Shown here in pieces: positions 51,573-62,012 of a stretch of DNA of 64,000 nucleotides. The DNA is from an uncultured candidate division Zixibacteria bacterium (lineage in GTDB: Bacteria; Zixibacteria; MSB-5A5; GN15; FEB-12): NCBI GenBank assembly GCA_963735035.1, contig CAVTJJ010000003.1, forward strand, positions 256,001 through 320,000, read 5' to 3'. The stretch's first letter is position 1, and each line of letters starts with the position of its first letter. The position numbers were made by a program, and so were the translations under genes. The notes under the pieces were generated by a model. That model worked only from the letters and a program-made list of their open reading frames with translations. It ran no database searches and had not been told where the DNA came from.

Positions 51573-52226
51573 CTATACCACGCTGGCTGACGGACAAAGC
51601 TTGGCCAGAAAGCATTCGCTGCATTTCGGTTTGCGCGCCACGCAAACTGCCCGCCCGTGATCGATCAGCATATGCGAATATACGATCCAGTCGGATTGCG
51701 GCAAGACCTTCATCAGGTCCTGCTCGACCTTGACCGGATCGGTCTCGCGCGTCAGACCGAGCAGGCGGCTGATCCGGCCGACATGGGTATCGACTACTAC
51801 ACCCTCGGCCAGACCGAACCCGGCGCCGAGAACCACCGACGCCGTTTTGCGCCCCACTCCCGACAGCTTGACCAGTTCGTCCAGCGTGCGCGGTATCTCG
51901 CCTTCGTGACGCTCGATCAGTTGCAGGGCCGAGGCCTTGATCGCCTTGGCTTTGTTCACGTAGAAACCGGTGGCGAAGACTTCTTTCTGAAGCGCTTCCG
52001 GATCGGCTTCGGCAAAAGCCTGTACCGATGGATACTTCTTGAAGAGATCTGGCGTGACTTTGTTGACGCGTTCATCGGTGCATTGCGCCGACAGAATCGT
52101 CGCCACCAGAAGTTGGTGTGGGGTCTTGAAATCGAGCGAACAGTGCGATTTCGGATAATGCTTCTTGAGCAGCGCGACAATTTTCGCCGCCCGACCCTGA
52201 CGGTCTTTCTGTGATTCGCGCGGCAT
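51573..52226 (-). CDS. nth: Endonuclease III
   Basis: LSAQCTD, GVGRKTA, VDTHV and Fe-S C-x6-C-x2-C-x5-C motifs. Confidence 0.96.
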   Translation of the reverse strand: MPRESQKDRQGRAAKIVALLKKHYPKSHCSLDFKTPHQLLVATILSAQCTDERVNKVTPDLFKKYPSVQAFAEADPEALQKEVFATGFYVNKAKAIKASALQLIERHEGEIPRTLDELVKLSGVGRKTASVVLGAGFGLAEGVVVDTHVGRISRLLGLTRETDPVKVEQDLMKVLPQSDWIVYSHMLIDHGRAVCVARKPKCSECFLAKLCPSASVV

Positions 52227-52228
52227 GG

Positions 52229-53098
52229 CTACCCCGCACAGCCAAGAATGATCACGCGGTCCACCCCGGCCAGATCTTTGAGGTAGGCAAACGACTGATA
52301 CCGGTTGTCGCTTTCGGTCATCTGCGCGACTTTTTCAGCCTGGTCGTAACCGACTTCGAACATGATTCGTCCGCCGGGCGCCAGGAAATTTGGACCGTCG
52401 CGCAAGATCACGCGCACCGGGTCGAGTCCGTCTTCGCCCCCGACCATGGCGATGATTGGATCGTGCAGCACTTCTTTCTGGAGCGTCGGATACTCTTTTT
52501 CAGTGATGTACGGCGGATTAGACAAGATCAGATTGAACTTCTCCCCTTCGCGAAGAGCCCCAAAGAAATCCGACTTACGAAATTCAATGCGGTCGGCCAC
52601 GTCCATGTCCCGGGCGTTCCGGCGAGCGACATCGAGGGCTTCTTCGGAGATGTCCAGCGCAACCACGGTGGCGTCCTTCAGCTCGGCCGCCATGGTGACG
52701 GCAATCACACCGGAGCCGGTGCCAAGATCGAGAATCCGGGATGATTTAATCCCGTTCGCACTCAGGAATTTCATACCGGCTTCGCACAGCGTCTCGGTCT
52801 CGGGCGTAGGCGCCATGACCGATTCATTGACGAAGAACTTCCGGCCGTAGAACCAGGATTCCTGAAGGATAAACTGGAGCGGGTAGCGTTCGCGACGGCG
52901 GTTAAGAATCTCATCGATTCTCTGCATCGCTTTGTCGTCGAGCAGTTCCTGTCCGTGCATATAGAGATTGAGCCGGTCGACCTCAAGTACATGACAGAGA
53001 ATCCATTCGACTTCGACCCGGGCGCAGTCGATACCTACATCTTCGAGCAGTTTGGCCCGCTCGGAGATGAAATGCGGCAGATATGGAACGTCAGCCAC
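52229..53098 (-). CDS. prmC: Release-factor glutamine methyltransferase
   Basis: LDLGTGSG and SNPPY motifs, near prfA. Confidence 0.94.
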   Translation of the reverse strand: MADVPYLPHFISERAKLLEDVGIDCARVEVEWILCHVLEVDRLNLYMHGQELLDDKAMQRIDEILNRRRERYPLQFILQESWFYGRKFFVNESVMAPTPETETLCEAGMKFLSANGIKSSRILDLGTGSGVIAVTMAAELKDATVVALDISEEALDVARRNARDMDVADRIEFRKSDFFGALREGEKFNLILSNPPYITEKEYPTLQKEVLHDPIIAMVGGEDGLDPVRVILRDGPNFLAPGGRIMFEVGYDQAEKVAQMTESDNRYQSFAYLKDLAGVDRVIILGCAG

Positions 53099-53118
53099 GG
53101 GTAGCCCTATCGCATCAA

Positions 53119-54082
53119 TCAGCGGGGAACGGCCCGATTCTTGGTCAAACCGATCACATACAGAGCGACCACCACGGCGATCCAGGAGTAACAGAACGTC
53201 TTGGTGAATTCACGTGAAAACTGGATTGAGTGCGGTATCAGGTAGATGAACATCATGACGGCGAACGTACTCACGCCTATCCAGCCACGCGTAATCGGCG
53301 AATAGAGATCACGCCCGAATCGTCCGCGACTGAACGAACCCAGAGTTGTCAGAGCCGCGAAGAGCAGATAGACCAGCAGAAGTTGTGTCTTGTTGTCGGT
53401 GGCATCGGTGCCGAACGGAACGCCTTCCCAGGTACCGTTGAAAGCATAGTAGTTCATGGGAATTCCGAGCGGGTACCCGCCCATGAAACAGGCGAACACC
53501 GCCCCGAAAAGATAGATCGACATCGGCCGGACATCGCCGCCACGAATGACGCCAATCCCTTCAACTGGCCGCCAGCGCCACAAAGAAGACCGTGGCGAAA
53601 GATGAACAGGAGATGTCCCAGCAGGACAACCAGATTGGTACTTCGCCGATATACTTGAGGAAGAACGGAGTACCGTCAGTCTGCGCGAACCGTGCGACCG
53701 GTGAGCCGGTCGCGTCAACCACTTCAAAGTAGTAATGGAATCGCCCGCCTCTGTCCCCGGCGGTTACGCTGACGGCATATTCGTTTGACTTAGCTCCCGA
53801 CGGAGTCATCTCAACCGCATCGAAATCGGTCATCTGAGCCGGTGTCAGACCACGCGGCTGGGAAGTACGAAATATTACACGCTTCCCCTCGATCGGTCCA
53901 GTTACCGAGACAGTAATCCTGTCAGTCTGCTGTTCCGTAATCTTGGGCACCGAAGTCATTTCAAAAGTGTACGGTCCGTCGGTGTGGGTCAGCAATTCCG
54001 GCCGCCCACGGGAATTATTGCGCGCGATGTGCAGCATTGCCAGGGTGGCCAGGAAGGCCACGCCAAACTTGATGAACTTCAT
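53119..54082 (-). pseudogene. Membrane protein broken by several indels at ~53565-53632
   Basis: The coding signal switches frames: KYIGEVPIW / VVLLGHLLFI / FATVFFVALAA / VEGIGVIRGG...WEGVPFGTDATDNKT. Confidence 0.65.
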
Positions 54083-55170
54083 CCGTTCTTGCTCCTTATG
54101 CCCGGTTCAGCAAATTTCAACCGCTCGGCTTGATCGTGCTCGCGTAGCGGCTGGATCAGACAATCAACATCGCCGCTGAGGATTTCGCTCAAACGATGCA
54201 GCGTCAAGCCGATGCGATGATCGGTAACTCGCGATTGCGGAAAATTATAGGTCCGAATCTTGGCGGAACGATCGCCGGTGGAAACCATGGATCGCCGCTC
54301 GGCCTCGATCTTGGCGTTTCGCTCGGCGAGCATTTTGTCGTACAGACGGGCGCGCAGGACTTTCAGAGCCTTAGCCCGGTTCTTGATCTGCGATTTTTCG
54401 TCCTGGCAGGTCACCACCAGACCGGTTGGTATGTGGGTAATCCGAACCGCCGAGTCGGTCGTGTTGACCGACTGGCCGCCGTGGCCGGTGGAACGGTAGA
54501 CGTCAACCCGGATGTCTTCTTCCCTGATTTCGACTTCGACTTCCTCGGCTTCCGGAAGAACGGCGACCGTAATCGCCGAGGTATGTATGCGCCCCTGCGA
54601 TTCGGTGGCTGGGACGCGCTGGACACGATGCACGCCCGATTCGAATTTCATCTGGCCGTAGGCGGCTTCGCCTTCGAGCGCGAAGATTATTTCTTTGAAG
54701 GCGCCGGGGATAGAGTCCGAGGTGCTGAGCACTTCAAGTTTCCACCCCTTACGATCGGCGTAACGCTGGTACATGCGAAAGACATCGGCCACAAACAGCC
54801 CCGCCTCGTCGCCGCCGGTGCCGGCCCGGATTTCGACTACGGCCGGTTTGTCGTCGGTGGGATCGCGCGGCAGCAAACGAAGTTTGAATTCCCGTTCGGC
54901 TGCGTCGATAAGCGCCTCGTTTTCGGCCAACTCTTCACGCGCCATCGCCATCATATCGTCGTCGCCGCCTTCTTCGATTATCTCCTGAGCATCGTCAATG
55001 CTCTTGCGAACACGGCGGTATTCCTGTCCGGCCTCTAGAATGTTAACGAGCTGACTTCGCTCGCGATTCAGCTCGATCAGTTTCTTGCGGTCGGCCAGGT
55101 TGACGGGGTCGGACAGTTGTTGGTCCAACTCGGCCAGGCGCGTTTCAAGTCTGTCAATAATCTCCAACAT
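54079..55170 (-). CDS. prfA: Peptide chain release factor 1
   Basis: [19 protein letters not shown] and IRTYNFPQ motifs. Confidence 0.97.
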   Translation of the reverse strand: MLEIIDRLETRLAELDQQLSDPVNLADRKKLIELNRERSQLVNILEAGQEYRRVRKSIDDAQEIIEEGGDDDMMAMAREELAENEALIDAAEREFKLRLLPRDPTDDKPAVVEIRAGTGGDEAGLFVADVFRMYQRYADRKGWKLEVLSTSDSIPGAFKEIIFALEGEAAYGQMKFESGVHRVQRVPATESQGRIHTSAITVAVLPEAEEVEVEIREEDIRVDVYRSTGHGGQSVNTTDSAVRITHIPTGLVVTCQDEKSQIKNRAKALKVLRARLYDKMLAERNAKIEAERRSMVSTGDRSAKIRTYNFPQSRVTDHRIGLTLHRLSEILSGDVDCLIQPLREHDQAERLKFAEPGIRSKNG

Positions 55171-55240
55171 AGAACAATATCCTCTACAAACGGGAACGTA
55201 TGAGATACAGTCCCCGGGGGCAAGAGCTATTGAGGACCAG

Positions 55241-56221
55241 CTACAACACGGGAATGCGCCGGCAAGTTAATTTGGAATTGGTCACCCCGAGCGACGCCTC
55301 AAGGGCGGCGATGGCGACCTCGAGTTGTTCCAGCGACGGTTCTTTGGTCGTAATGCGCTGTAGCCAGAGACCGGGAGCGATCAGAACGCGGGTGATGGCG
55401 CTGTCGCGAGTGCGGCCGGAAAGCTTGAGTAGTTCATACGACGTACCGGCCACAATCGGCAGCAAGCTGAAATGCACTCCGAACCGGGTGGCCAGCAGCG
55501 GGGCGTGACCCGTTATGACGGCGTAGATCGAATCCGATACGGAATAGACCAGTATGGCCAGGATGGCTACTATTAATATGAACGAAGTGCCGCAGCGGGG
55601 ATGGAATCGGGTAAAAGTAGCCGCCGCCTGGGGGGTGAGCTCCTGACCCATTTCATAGGCGTAAATTGATTTGTGCTCCGCGCCGTGGTATTCGAAAACG
55701 CGACGAAATTCACCGAATAAAGAGATGGCCCAAACATAGAGCAGGAAGAGTGTCAATCGTACCGCTCCGGCGACCAGGTTGAACCCGACCGCGTCGCGAC
55801 TGTAACCGAACAGTTCGGACATTCCCTCGGCGGCAGCCAGAGGCAGGTAGAAGAAAATGCCGATCCCCATGGCCATAGCGAATAGCGCTGTCACGGCCAG
55901 CAGGAATGTGTTGCGTTTCTTCTTACTGGGGGTGTACTCGCGCCCTTCCTTGACCGCTTCTTCCTTTTCGGCCTCTTGAATAGCAATCTCTGCGGAAAAA
56001 TTGAGGGTCTTGATCCCCAGCACGAGCATTTCTACAAAGGCGACCGCGCCACGAATGATAGGTGTATTCAGAATCTTATAGCGACTGGCGAGCGGGGTGA
56101 ACGGTTCGGTCTTGATCAGGATTTCACCGTTGGGGGTACGCACCGCCGTGGCCACGCGCTCTTTGGAGCGCATCATGACCCCTTCGATTACCGCTTGTCC
56201 GCCTACGTTCAGATCCGCCAT
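55241..56221 (-). CDS. DUF1385 membrane protein
   Basis: [19 protein letters not shown] and HPRCGTSF motifs, in the usual rpmE-prfA context. Confidence 0.9.
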   Translation of the reverse strand: MADLNVGGQAVIEGVMMRSKERVATAVRTPNGEILIKTEPFTPLASRYKILNTPIIRGAVAFVEMLVLGIKTLNFSAEIAIQEAEKEEAVKEGREYTPSKKKRNTFLLAVTALFAMAMGIGIFFYLPLAAAEGMSELFGYSRDAVGFNLVAGAVRLTLFLLYVWAISLFGEFRRVFEYHGAEHKSIYAYEMGQELTPQAAATFTRFHPRCGTSFILIVAILAILVYSVSDSIYAVITGHAPLLATRFGVHFSLLPIVAGTSYELLKLSGRTRDSAITRVLIAPGLWLQRITTKEPSLEQLEVAIAALEASLGVTNSKLTCRRIPVL

Positions 56222-56399
56222 GCGACGATTCTCAGATTGTCCGCTGGGTTCTTCATTACTAAGACTAAATACGCTTCCAAAAATCAAAACCGCGAGCTTT
56301 AGATCAATCTAAAATCATGCTCGCGGCTGATCCACTAAAACCGCTTGCCGCCTGAAACGCCAGGAGACTGTCGGCGGTTCTCCGGTTTCGGCAACCGGG

Positions 56400-56630
56400 C
56401 TACTTCTCTTTGGCCGTATCTGCGTCTTTGGCCGGAATGTTGTACTTGCGACGGAACCTCTCGACACGACCGGCGGTGTCCATAAGCTTCTGCCGGCCCG
56501 TAAAGAACGGATGGCAGTTGGAGCAAATTTCAACCGCGATCGACTTCGAGGTTGAGCGGGTCGGATAGGTCGCGCCACAAGCGCAAGTGATGGTCAATTC
56601 GCTGTACTTCGGGTGAATCCCGGGTTTCAT
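56400..56630 (-). CDS. rpmE: 50S ribosomal protein L31 (Zn-binding type)
   Basis: [13 protein letters not shown] and [10 protein letters not shown] motifs. Confidence 0.96.
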   Translation of the reverse strand: MKPGIHPKYSELTITCACGATYPTRSTSKSIAVEICSNCHPFFTGRQKLMDTAGRVERFRRKYNIPAKDADTAKEK

Positions 56631-56798
56631 CTGTCTAACCTCTATTAGCAGTTCATTATCTTCCGGTAATGCTTGCGGGCGACCCAAGGTCACCCAGCCA
56701 GCCGAACAATATATGGAATTGGATCAAAACCGCAAGGGCAAAGCCATAATTTTGACCAAACCCCACCACTTCTTAGTCGTTCAACAAGATACGGCGGC

Positions 56799-57458
56799 TC
56801 AGGTTCCCGACTGCGCCAGCACTGTCGACCAGTAATACTTATTGTGAATCAACGACTTGACTCGAAACCGTCGGCCCAAGATGGCCGCCAGCTCTTCCGC
56901 ACTGAAGTAATTCTTAACGATTATGAACGACCGACCGTCAGACAATTCCCGCTTCTTATAATTGTTGCCGTTCTCGTCCAGTTGCGGCACAACCGGGGAT
57001 CCTTCGGCGGGAGGATTGTTGTCGATCATCCAAATCAGGCCATCGACGCGCAAGGGTCTGGTCAGGACTTCAAACAGCCTTTCGTATTCCTGGCGCGGTT
57101 GGTGTGAGAACCAAAAACCGAGCGCCACCAGATCGAACTTGCCTTCGCCGAACGAATCGACAAACATATCGGCCGCGCTGAAACTGACCGGACAACCGTA
57201 CTCTTTCTTGCGGGCCTCAATCAGGGTTTCGGGGGCAACATCGGACGCTACAATCGACTTAGCTGTCCGACTCATCACCTGAGTCCAGTAACCGGTGCCG
57301 CACGCCAGTTCCAATACGTCCTTGCCGGCCACTAGCTCGGCCAGACGTTCGCCTTCGGCCACCAGCTCCGCGCGACGAACCGGGTCATCACGGTAATAGA
57401 TTTGCTCGTATTCCGGCGCCCGGGCACGATAGTATTTTTCTATGTCATCGCCTTGCAT
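56799..57458 (-). CDS. Class I SAM-dependent methyltransferase
   Basis: VLELACGTGYW and GFWFSH motifs. ATG at 57458. Confidence 0.88.
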   Translation of the reverse strand: MQGDDIEKYYRARAPEYEQIYYRDDPVRRAELVAEGERLAELVAGKDVLELACGTGYWTQVMSRTAKSIVASDVAPETLIEARKKEYGCPVSFSAADMFVDSFGEGKFDLVALGFWFSHQPRQEYERLFEVLTRPLRVDGLIWMIDNNPPAEGSPVVPQLDENGNNYKKRELSDGRSFIIVKNYFSAEELAAILGRRFRVKSLIHNKYYWSTVLAQSGT

Positions 57459-58065
57459 ATTTCTTCCTGACAATTCCGGCCAGACGGCGACCGAGCCGGT
57501 CAGCCTCGTGCAACCTATCCGGTTTGTCCATGACATCGCCGACTCGTTCGGCATCAATACTTTGATGTATAACCAGGCCTTCGTTGGTGACCTCGATCCA
57601 CTTGAAGAATCCGGCGATACACCGCCGGGCGCCTTCGACCCAGGCCTTTTCCCCGCCGACCAAGACCATTGCGCCCGGACGAGATCGAGCGATTCGCTGG
57701 ACAAAATGTCGCTCCCCTTCCGCCCGATCAAAATTATAGGGACGGATACAATTGCAGCGATCGATAAACAGTTTGGCCGAAGCAGATACCGAATCGAAAT
57801 AAATCGGCGAACCGAATAAGAGACAGTCGCACTTCACTACTTTGTCATATAGCTCGGTCATGGCGTCATCGATGAAACAGTAGTTAGGCATAGGAGATTC
57901 ACCGCAGGCCTGACAGGCGCTGATATCGTAATCCGAGAGGCGAATCAACTCGTGGCGCGATTTGACATCCAACCGACTGCTAATACTCGCCGCGATGCGA
58001 TCCAACAGAATCTCGGTTGAGGAGCCGGACACCGGCGAGGCGCACAGCGAAAGAATCTTAATCAA
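57445..58065 (-). CDS. Iron-sulfur flavoprotein / flavodoxin family protein
   Basis: CQACGES...CFIDD and GSPIYF...KLFIDR motifs. TTG at 58065 with GGAGG RBS. Confidence 0.85.
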   Translation of the reverse strand: MIKILSLCASPVSGSSTEILLDRIAASISSRLDVKSRHELIRLSDYDISACQACGESPMPNYCFIDDAMTELYDKVVKCDCLLFGSPIYFDSVSASAKLFIDRCNCIRPYNFDRAEGERHFVQRIARSRPGAMVLVGGEKAWVEGARRCIAGFFKWIEVTNEGLVIHQSIDAERVGDVMDKPDRLHEADRLGRRLAGIVRKKYARR

Positions 58066-59941
58066 GCTCGGTCTCCTCCAGCCGGTCGAGTTCCGCATAC
58101 AATTCGAGAATGTCATTCTCTAATTCGCGAACCCGTTCGGTCGTCTTGTGCAAATGCTCCCAGTCGTCGGCTTTCTCGGAGGCAGTTAAGTCAATTTCGG
58201 TCTTGGCCAGATCGGCTTCAGCCGCCTCGATCTTGAGGCGAACCGTTTCAAGCGCCTTACGGTGCCGTGAGCGTTGTTTGGACTTTTCTTTGAATTCGAG
58301 GAATTCCTGTTTGTCCGATGAACTCTTGAGTTTTGGTCCGGGTTCCGCCGCGGCCATCTTTTCTGCAAAAGCGGTGTAGTTGCCGCTGTAAACACGGGCA
58401 CGACCGTCACGCAGATGCACAATTCGATCAACCACCTGATCGAGAAAGTAACGGTCGTGGCTAACGATCAAACAACTGCCGTCGTATTCCTGCAGAGCCG
58501 ACTCGAGCGCTTCGCGCGCCTGCATGTCGAGGTGATTGGTGGGCTCGTCCATGATGATCAGGTTGGCCGGATGATAGAGCAGCCGTGCCAAGCAGAGCTT
58601 GGTCTTTTCGCCGCCCGAAAGTGCCGCCACTCGCTTCAGCACATCCTCACCGGTAAATCCGAACCGGGCCAGAAATGACCGCATCGGGCCGACCTCGGCG
58701 GCCGGATCGAGCGCCCAGAGATTGTCCAGCACCGTTGCGCTTTCAACAAGGTCCGACAGGTCCTGATCGAAATAGGCGACGTCGACATTGTTCCCCAGGC
58801 GAATATTCCCGGACGCGGGTGTCAATTCACCTATCAATGCTTTCAAGAGAGTCGACTTGCCGCACCCGTTGCGCCCAACGAGACCGACTTTCTCGCCCCG
58901 ATAGATATCAAACTCGATCTCCTGAATGACCGGTTCGTTGCCGTATGAGACCGAGACTTCCTCTACCGACAAGACGTGCGAGTAAGACCGCCCGGACGAC
59001 TGTACGGAGATGGTCGGCCCGACATCATCCGATCGGGGCGGCGGCAGACGTTTGATGCGACCGAGATACTTCAGTTTCGACTGCGCCTGTTTGGTCTTTT
59101 GTCCGGCCATATTGCGGCGGATGAATTCTTCGAGCCGCTTGATTTCTTCCTGCTGGTGGCGATACCAGTGTGCTGCCTGCTCGCGACGGGCGTGTCTCTC
59201 TACCAGGTAGCGACTGATGCCACCGGCGTATCTTTCGATCTTGGCGAAACTGAGATCCCAGACTTCATCTGTCACAGCCTGAAGAAAAGTCCGGTCATGC
59301 GACACAATCACCACCGTCTTCTGTGATTCCTTGAGGAACTGCTCCAGCCAGGTTGTTGATTCGATATCAAGATGGTTGGTGGGCTCATCGAGCAGGACCA
59401 GATTTCCCTGCCCTGCCAGAAGACGGGCCAAGCCAGCGCGGTTACGCTCGCCGCCGGAGAAGTTCCGCAGACGCTCACCGAACCGGTCCCGAGGAAACCC
59501 GAGACCGTTAAGGATCGCAGAGATCTGGGAATCGAAACCGAAGCCGTCGAGTCGTTCATAGTCGTGCTGAAGTGTTCCGAGTCGCTCCAACTGGCTGCGG
59601 TCGGACGGGTTCTCTTCGAGAAAGTGTTCAAGCGAGGCGATTTCGCGTCGCATCCGGATCAACTCGGCCCGGGCATCGGCGACAAAATCGAACAGCGTCA
59701 TGTCGAGATATTCGTTCTTCTCCTGCTCGACATAATCAATGAGGCAGTCCTTGGCGCGGTTAACCGTACCCGAATCGACTGACTGTTTCCCCGCCATGAT
59801 TTCCAGAAGTGTGGTCTTGCCGATTCCGTTCTTGCCGACCAGGGCGATATGTTCGCCGGACTGAATCGCGAATGAGACCTGATCCAGAATGATCTGGTCT
59901 TTGTGGCGCTTGCAGAGATTTTCGGCGGTGAGCAGAGTCAT
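58058..59941 (-). CDS. ABC-F family ATPase
   Basis: Two ABC domains (GKNGIGKT, GRNGCGKS, DEPTNHLD x2), no TM segments, C-terminal coiled coil. Confidence 0.93.
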   Translation of the reverse strand: MTLLTAENLCKRHKDQIILDQVSFAIQSGEHIALVGKNGIGKTTLLEIMAGKQSVDSGTVNRAKDCLIDYVEQEKNEYLDMTLFDFVADARAELIRMRREIASLEHFLEENPSDRSQLERLGTLQHDYERLDGFGFDSQISAILNGLGFPRDRFGERLRNFSGGERNRAGLARLLAGQGNLVLLDEPTNHLDIESTTWLEQFLKESQKTVVIVSHDRTFLQAVTDEVWDLSFAKIERYAGGISRYLVERHARREQAAHWYRHQQEEIKRLEEFIRRNMAGQKTKQAQSKLKYLGRIKRLPPPRSDDVGPTISVQSSGRSYSHVLSVEEVSVSYGNEPVIQEIEFDIYRGEKVGLVGRNGCGKSTLLKALIGELTPASGNIRLGNNVDVAYFDQDLSDLVESATVLDNLWALDPAAEVGPMRSFLARFGFTGEDVLKRVAALSGGEKTKLCLARLLYHPANLIIMDEPTNHLDMQAREALESALQEYDGSCLIVSHDRYFLDQVVDRIVHLRDGRARVYSGNYTAFAEKMAAAEPGPKLKSSSDKQEFLEFKEKSKQRSRHRKALETVRLKIEAAEADLAKTEIDLTASEKADDWEHLHKTTERVRELENDILELYAELDRLEETELD

Positions 59942-59944
59942 CGG

Positions 59945-62009
59945 CTACTCCTCGGCCGATTTTCGACCCAGAAGCATCTCCACCGCCAACAGGACCGCCG
60001 CTGCCCAGAGGAAAAGCGGCCAGAGTTCACGACCGACCCGATACTTGGAAAGACTCTCCGCCAGAGCGTCGGTATATCCCACACGTCTGAATGGCTGCGA
60101 CCCGAGTGATGCGGCCATTTGATCCGGATCGATAGGTCGCCAGGTCGCATTCCGCCGGATTGATGTTGACCGCAAAGCGATCGATCTCGCGCCCGCGAGT
60201 CGCCAGATGATATATCCCGGCTTGATCGGCGTCGTTGATCCGCACGAGGGTCGCACCCTGATCGTCTTCAGAAGACAGTCCGACCACGGTGCTGTCGGGC
60301 CGCATGAGATCGATCCCGAAACCGACCGCCTGATTGGAAGGCAGCGAACGCGTGATAGTCTGCCCGGCAAACAGCTTGATCTCGAGACTGGTAAGATCCG
60401 AAGACAGATACTCGATCACACGGGAGACAAACGGCACGAAGAATCCCTGGCTGGTCAGGTCGCAGTAGTTCGGCGCCATGGGGCCCGCAAATGTTATGAC
60501 TCTCCCCTGTCCCGCTGATGTCTCTACCAGCGCAGGCATTCCGCCGGTGAAACTCATGAGCACTTTGCCGGAACTACCGACCTTGACCTGAGGCAACGTA
60601 TAGAATTTAACTTCGGGCGGTCGGCTTTCCTTGAGCTTGAACGGAAGGAAGATCGGATGATTGAAATCTATCTGGTCGAACGTATAGAAACCCGCCCGTG
60701 TGAATGTCTGGCGCACTGGGCCATCGTAAGTGACCCCGGCCGTCTCGGACCAGACCGTGTTGAAATTCGTAATGTCGGTGTTACCGCCGTAGATCAGAAA
60801 CAGAGAACCGCCGCGACGGACATACGACTGTAAGCGCCGATTCTGGGCGTCATCGAGTCTCGGCACGCCGGATAATACCACCACACTGTAGTCCATGAAA
60901 TTTACGCCGGCGAGTTGATCGGGCGCGGCCGTCTTGACCGACCAGTACTGTGCACCTTCCTGATCAGGCACCAGGGCCAGCGAGAGCAGCGAAGTAACCG
61001 GATCGCCGTCAACGAGCAGAATATCGGACTGCTCCGGAATTTTGAAAGAGAAGTAGTAGCGGTTGTCGGGTGCAAAATGATCATCGGACAATTCCACATA
61101 ACCGGAGTGGAAACCGGTTCCGGCGACCGAGCGGGTGAAACGGACCGAGGTTTCGCTGCCGGCGGCCGCTTTGAAATCCATTTGGGCCACCCGACGGCCA
61201 TCGAGGTATAGCGAGGCAATTCGTGAGTCGCTGTCGGTCCGGTCGTAGTTACGGATAGTTGCGACCACGTCGAAGTCGTGTCCCGGATGAATGAGCTGTC
61301 CACCGAAATCGACCGCCACGATGCCGAGGTTGTCGATTTCTTCCTGTGGCAGTTCGACCAGATAGACCGGGATGTTGTGTCCTTTGAGCAGGTCTGCCTC
61401 GGGGAGTGACGACCGCTGTAGATCGGTCACGAGAAACAATTCGTGATTCAGGGACGGAGCCGATTCGAGCAGGTCGAGAGCGGTCTTCAGACCGGTCTGG
61501 AAATCAGTCGATGCCGCACCGCGATGCAGCCGCTGGAGTTCGGCGATAGCGGCGGCCGGCGATCCCATTGAGGGAGAACCCAGCCCGCCGGATCGGTCGA
61601 GCGGCACAATTGCAACCTGATCGGACGGCGAGAAGGTATTTATCAGTAGAACTGTTCGTTGTCTGGCTAAATCGAGCAGGTTGCCGTCGGCGACAGAGCG
61701 ATCCATCGAAACTGAATTGTCGAATAGGATGACGGCGGCTACGGCAGCGTGGGAGCCGACCGAACCTTCGCGCAGCGTGGGACGGGCAAAGGCAAGAACC
61801 GCCATGAGAATAATCAGCATCCGCAGGATCAACAGCAGCCACTGGCGCAGTTTGAGGCGTCGTAGCTGGCGTTTCTCCATTTGCTTCAGATGCTTTAGCG
61901 ACGAGAACTCCACCACCTTGACCCGACGTCGCGAAAACAAATGGATCAGGAGCGGAATAAGGGCCGCCGCCGCGGCCAGAAGTACGGTGCTGTTGAGAAA
62001 CCCAAACAT
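59945..62009 (-). CDS. BatA/vWA domain membrane protein, frameshifted near 60140
   Basis: IPLLIHL...LAFARP BatA N-terminus and DNSVSM MIDAS motif. Removing one base at ~60140 joins NPAECDL to RPIDPDQ...ELWPLFLWAA...EMLL. Confidence 0.8.
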
Positions 62010-62012
62010 CGG

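Noticed and set aside
53561..53563. TGA ending ORF 53561..54082 as a third Sec codon
   Set aside because: No redox motif, the in-frame continuation is not protein-like, and the coding signal resumes in another frame.
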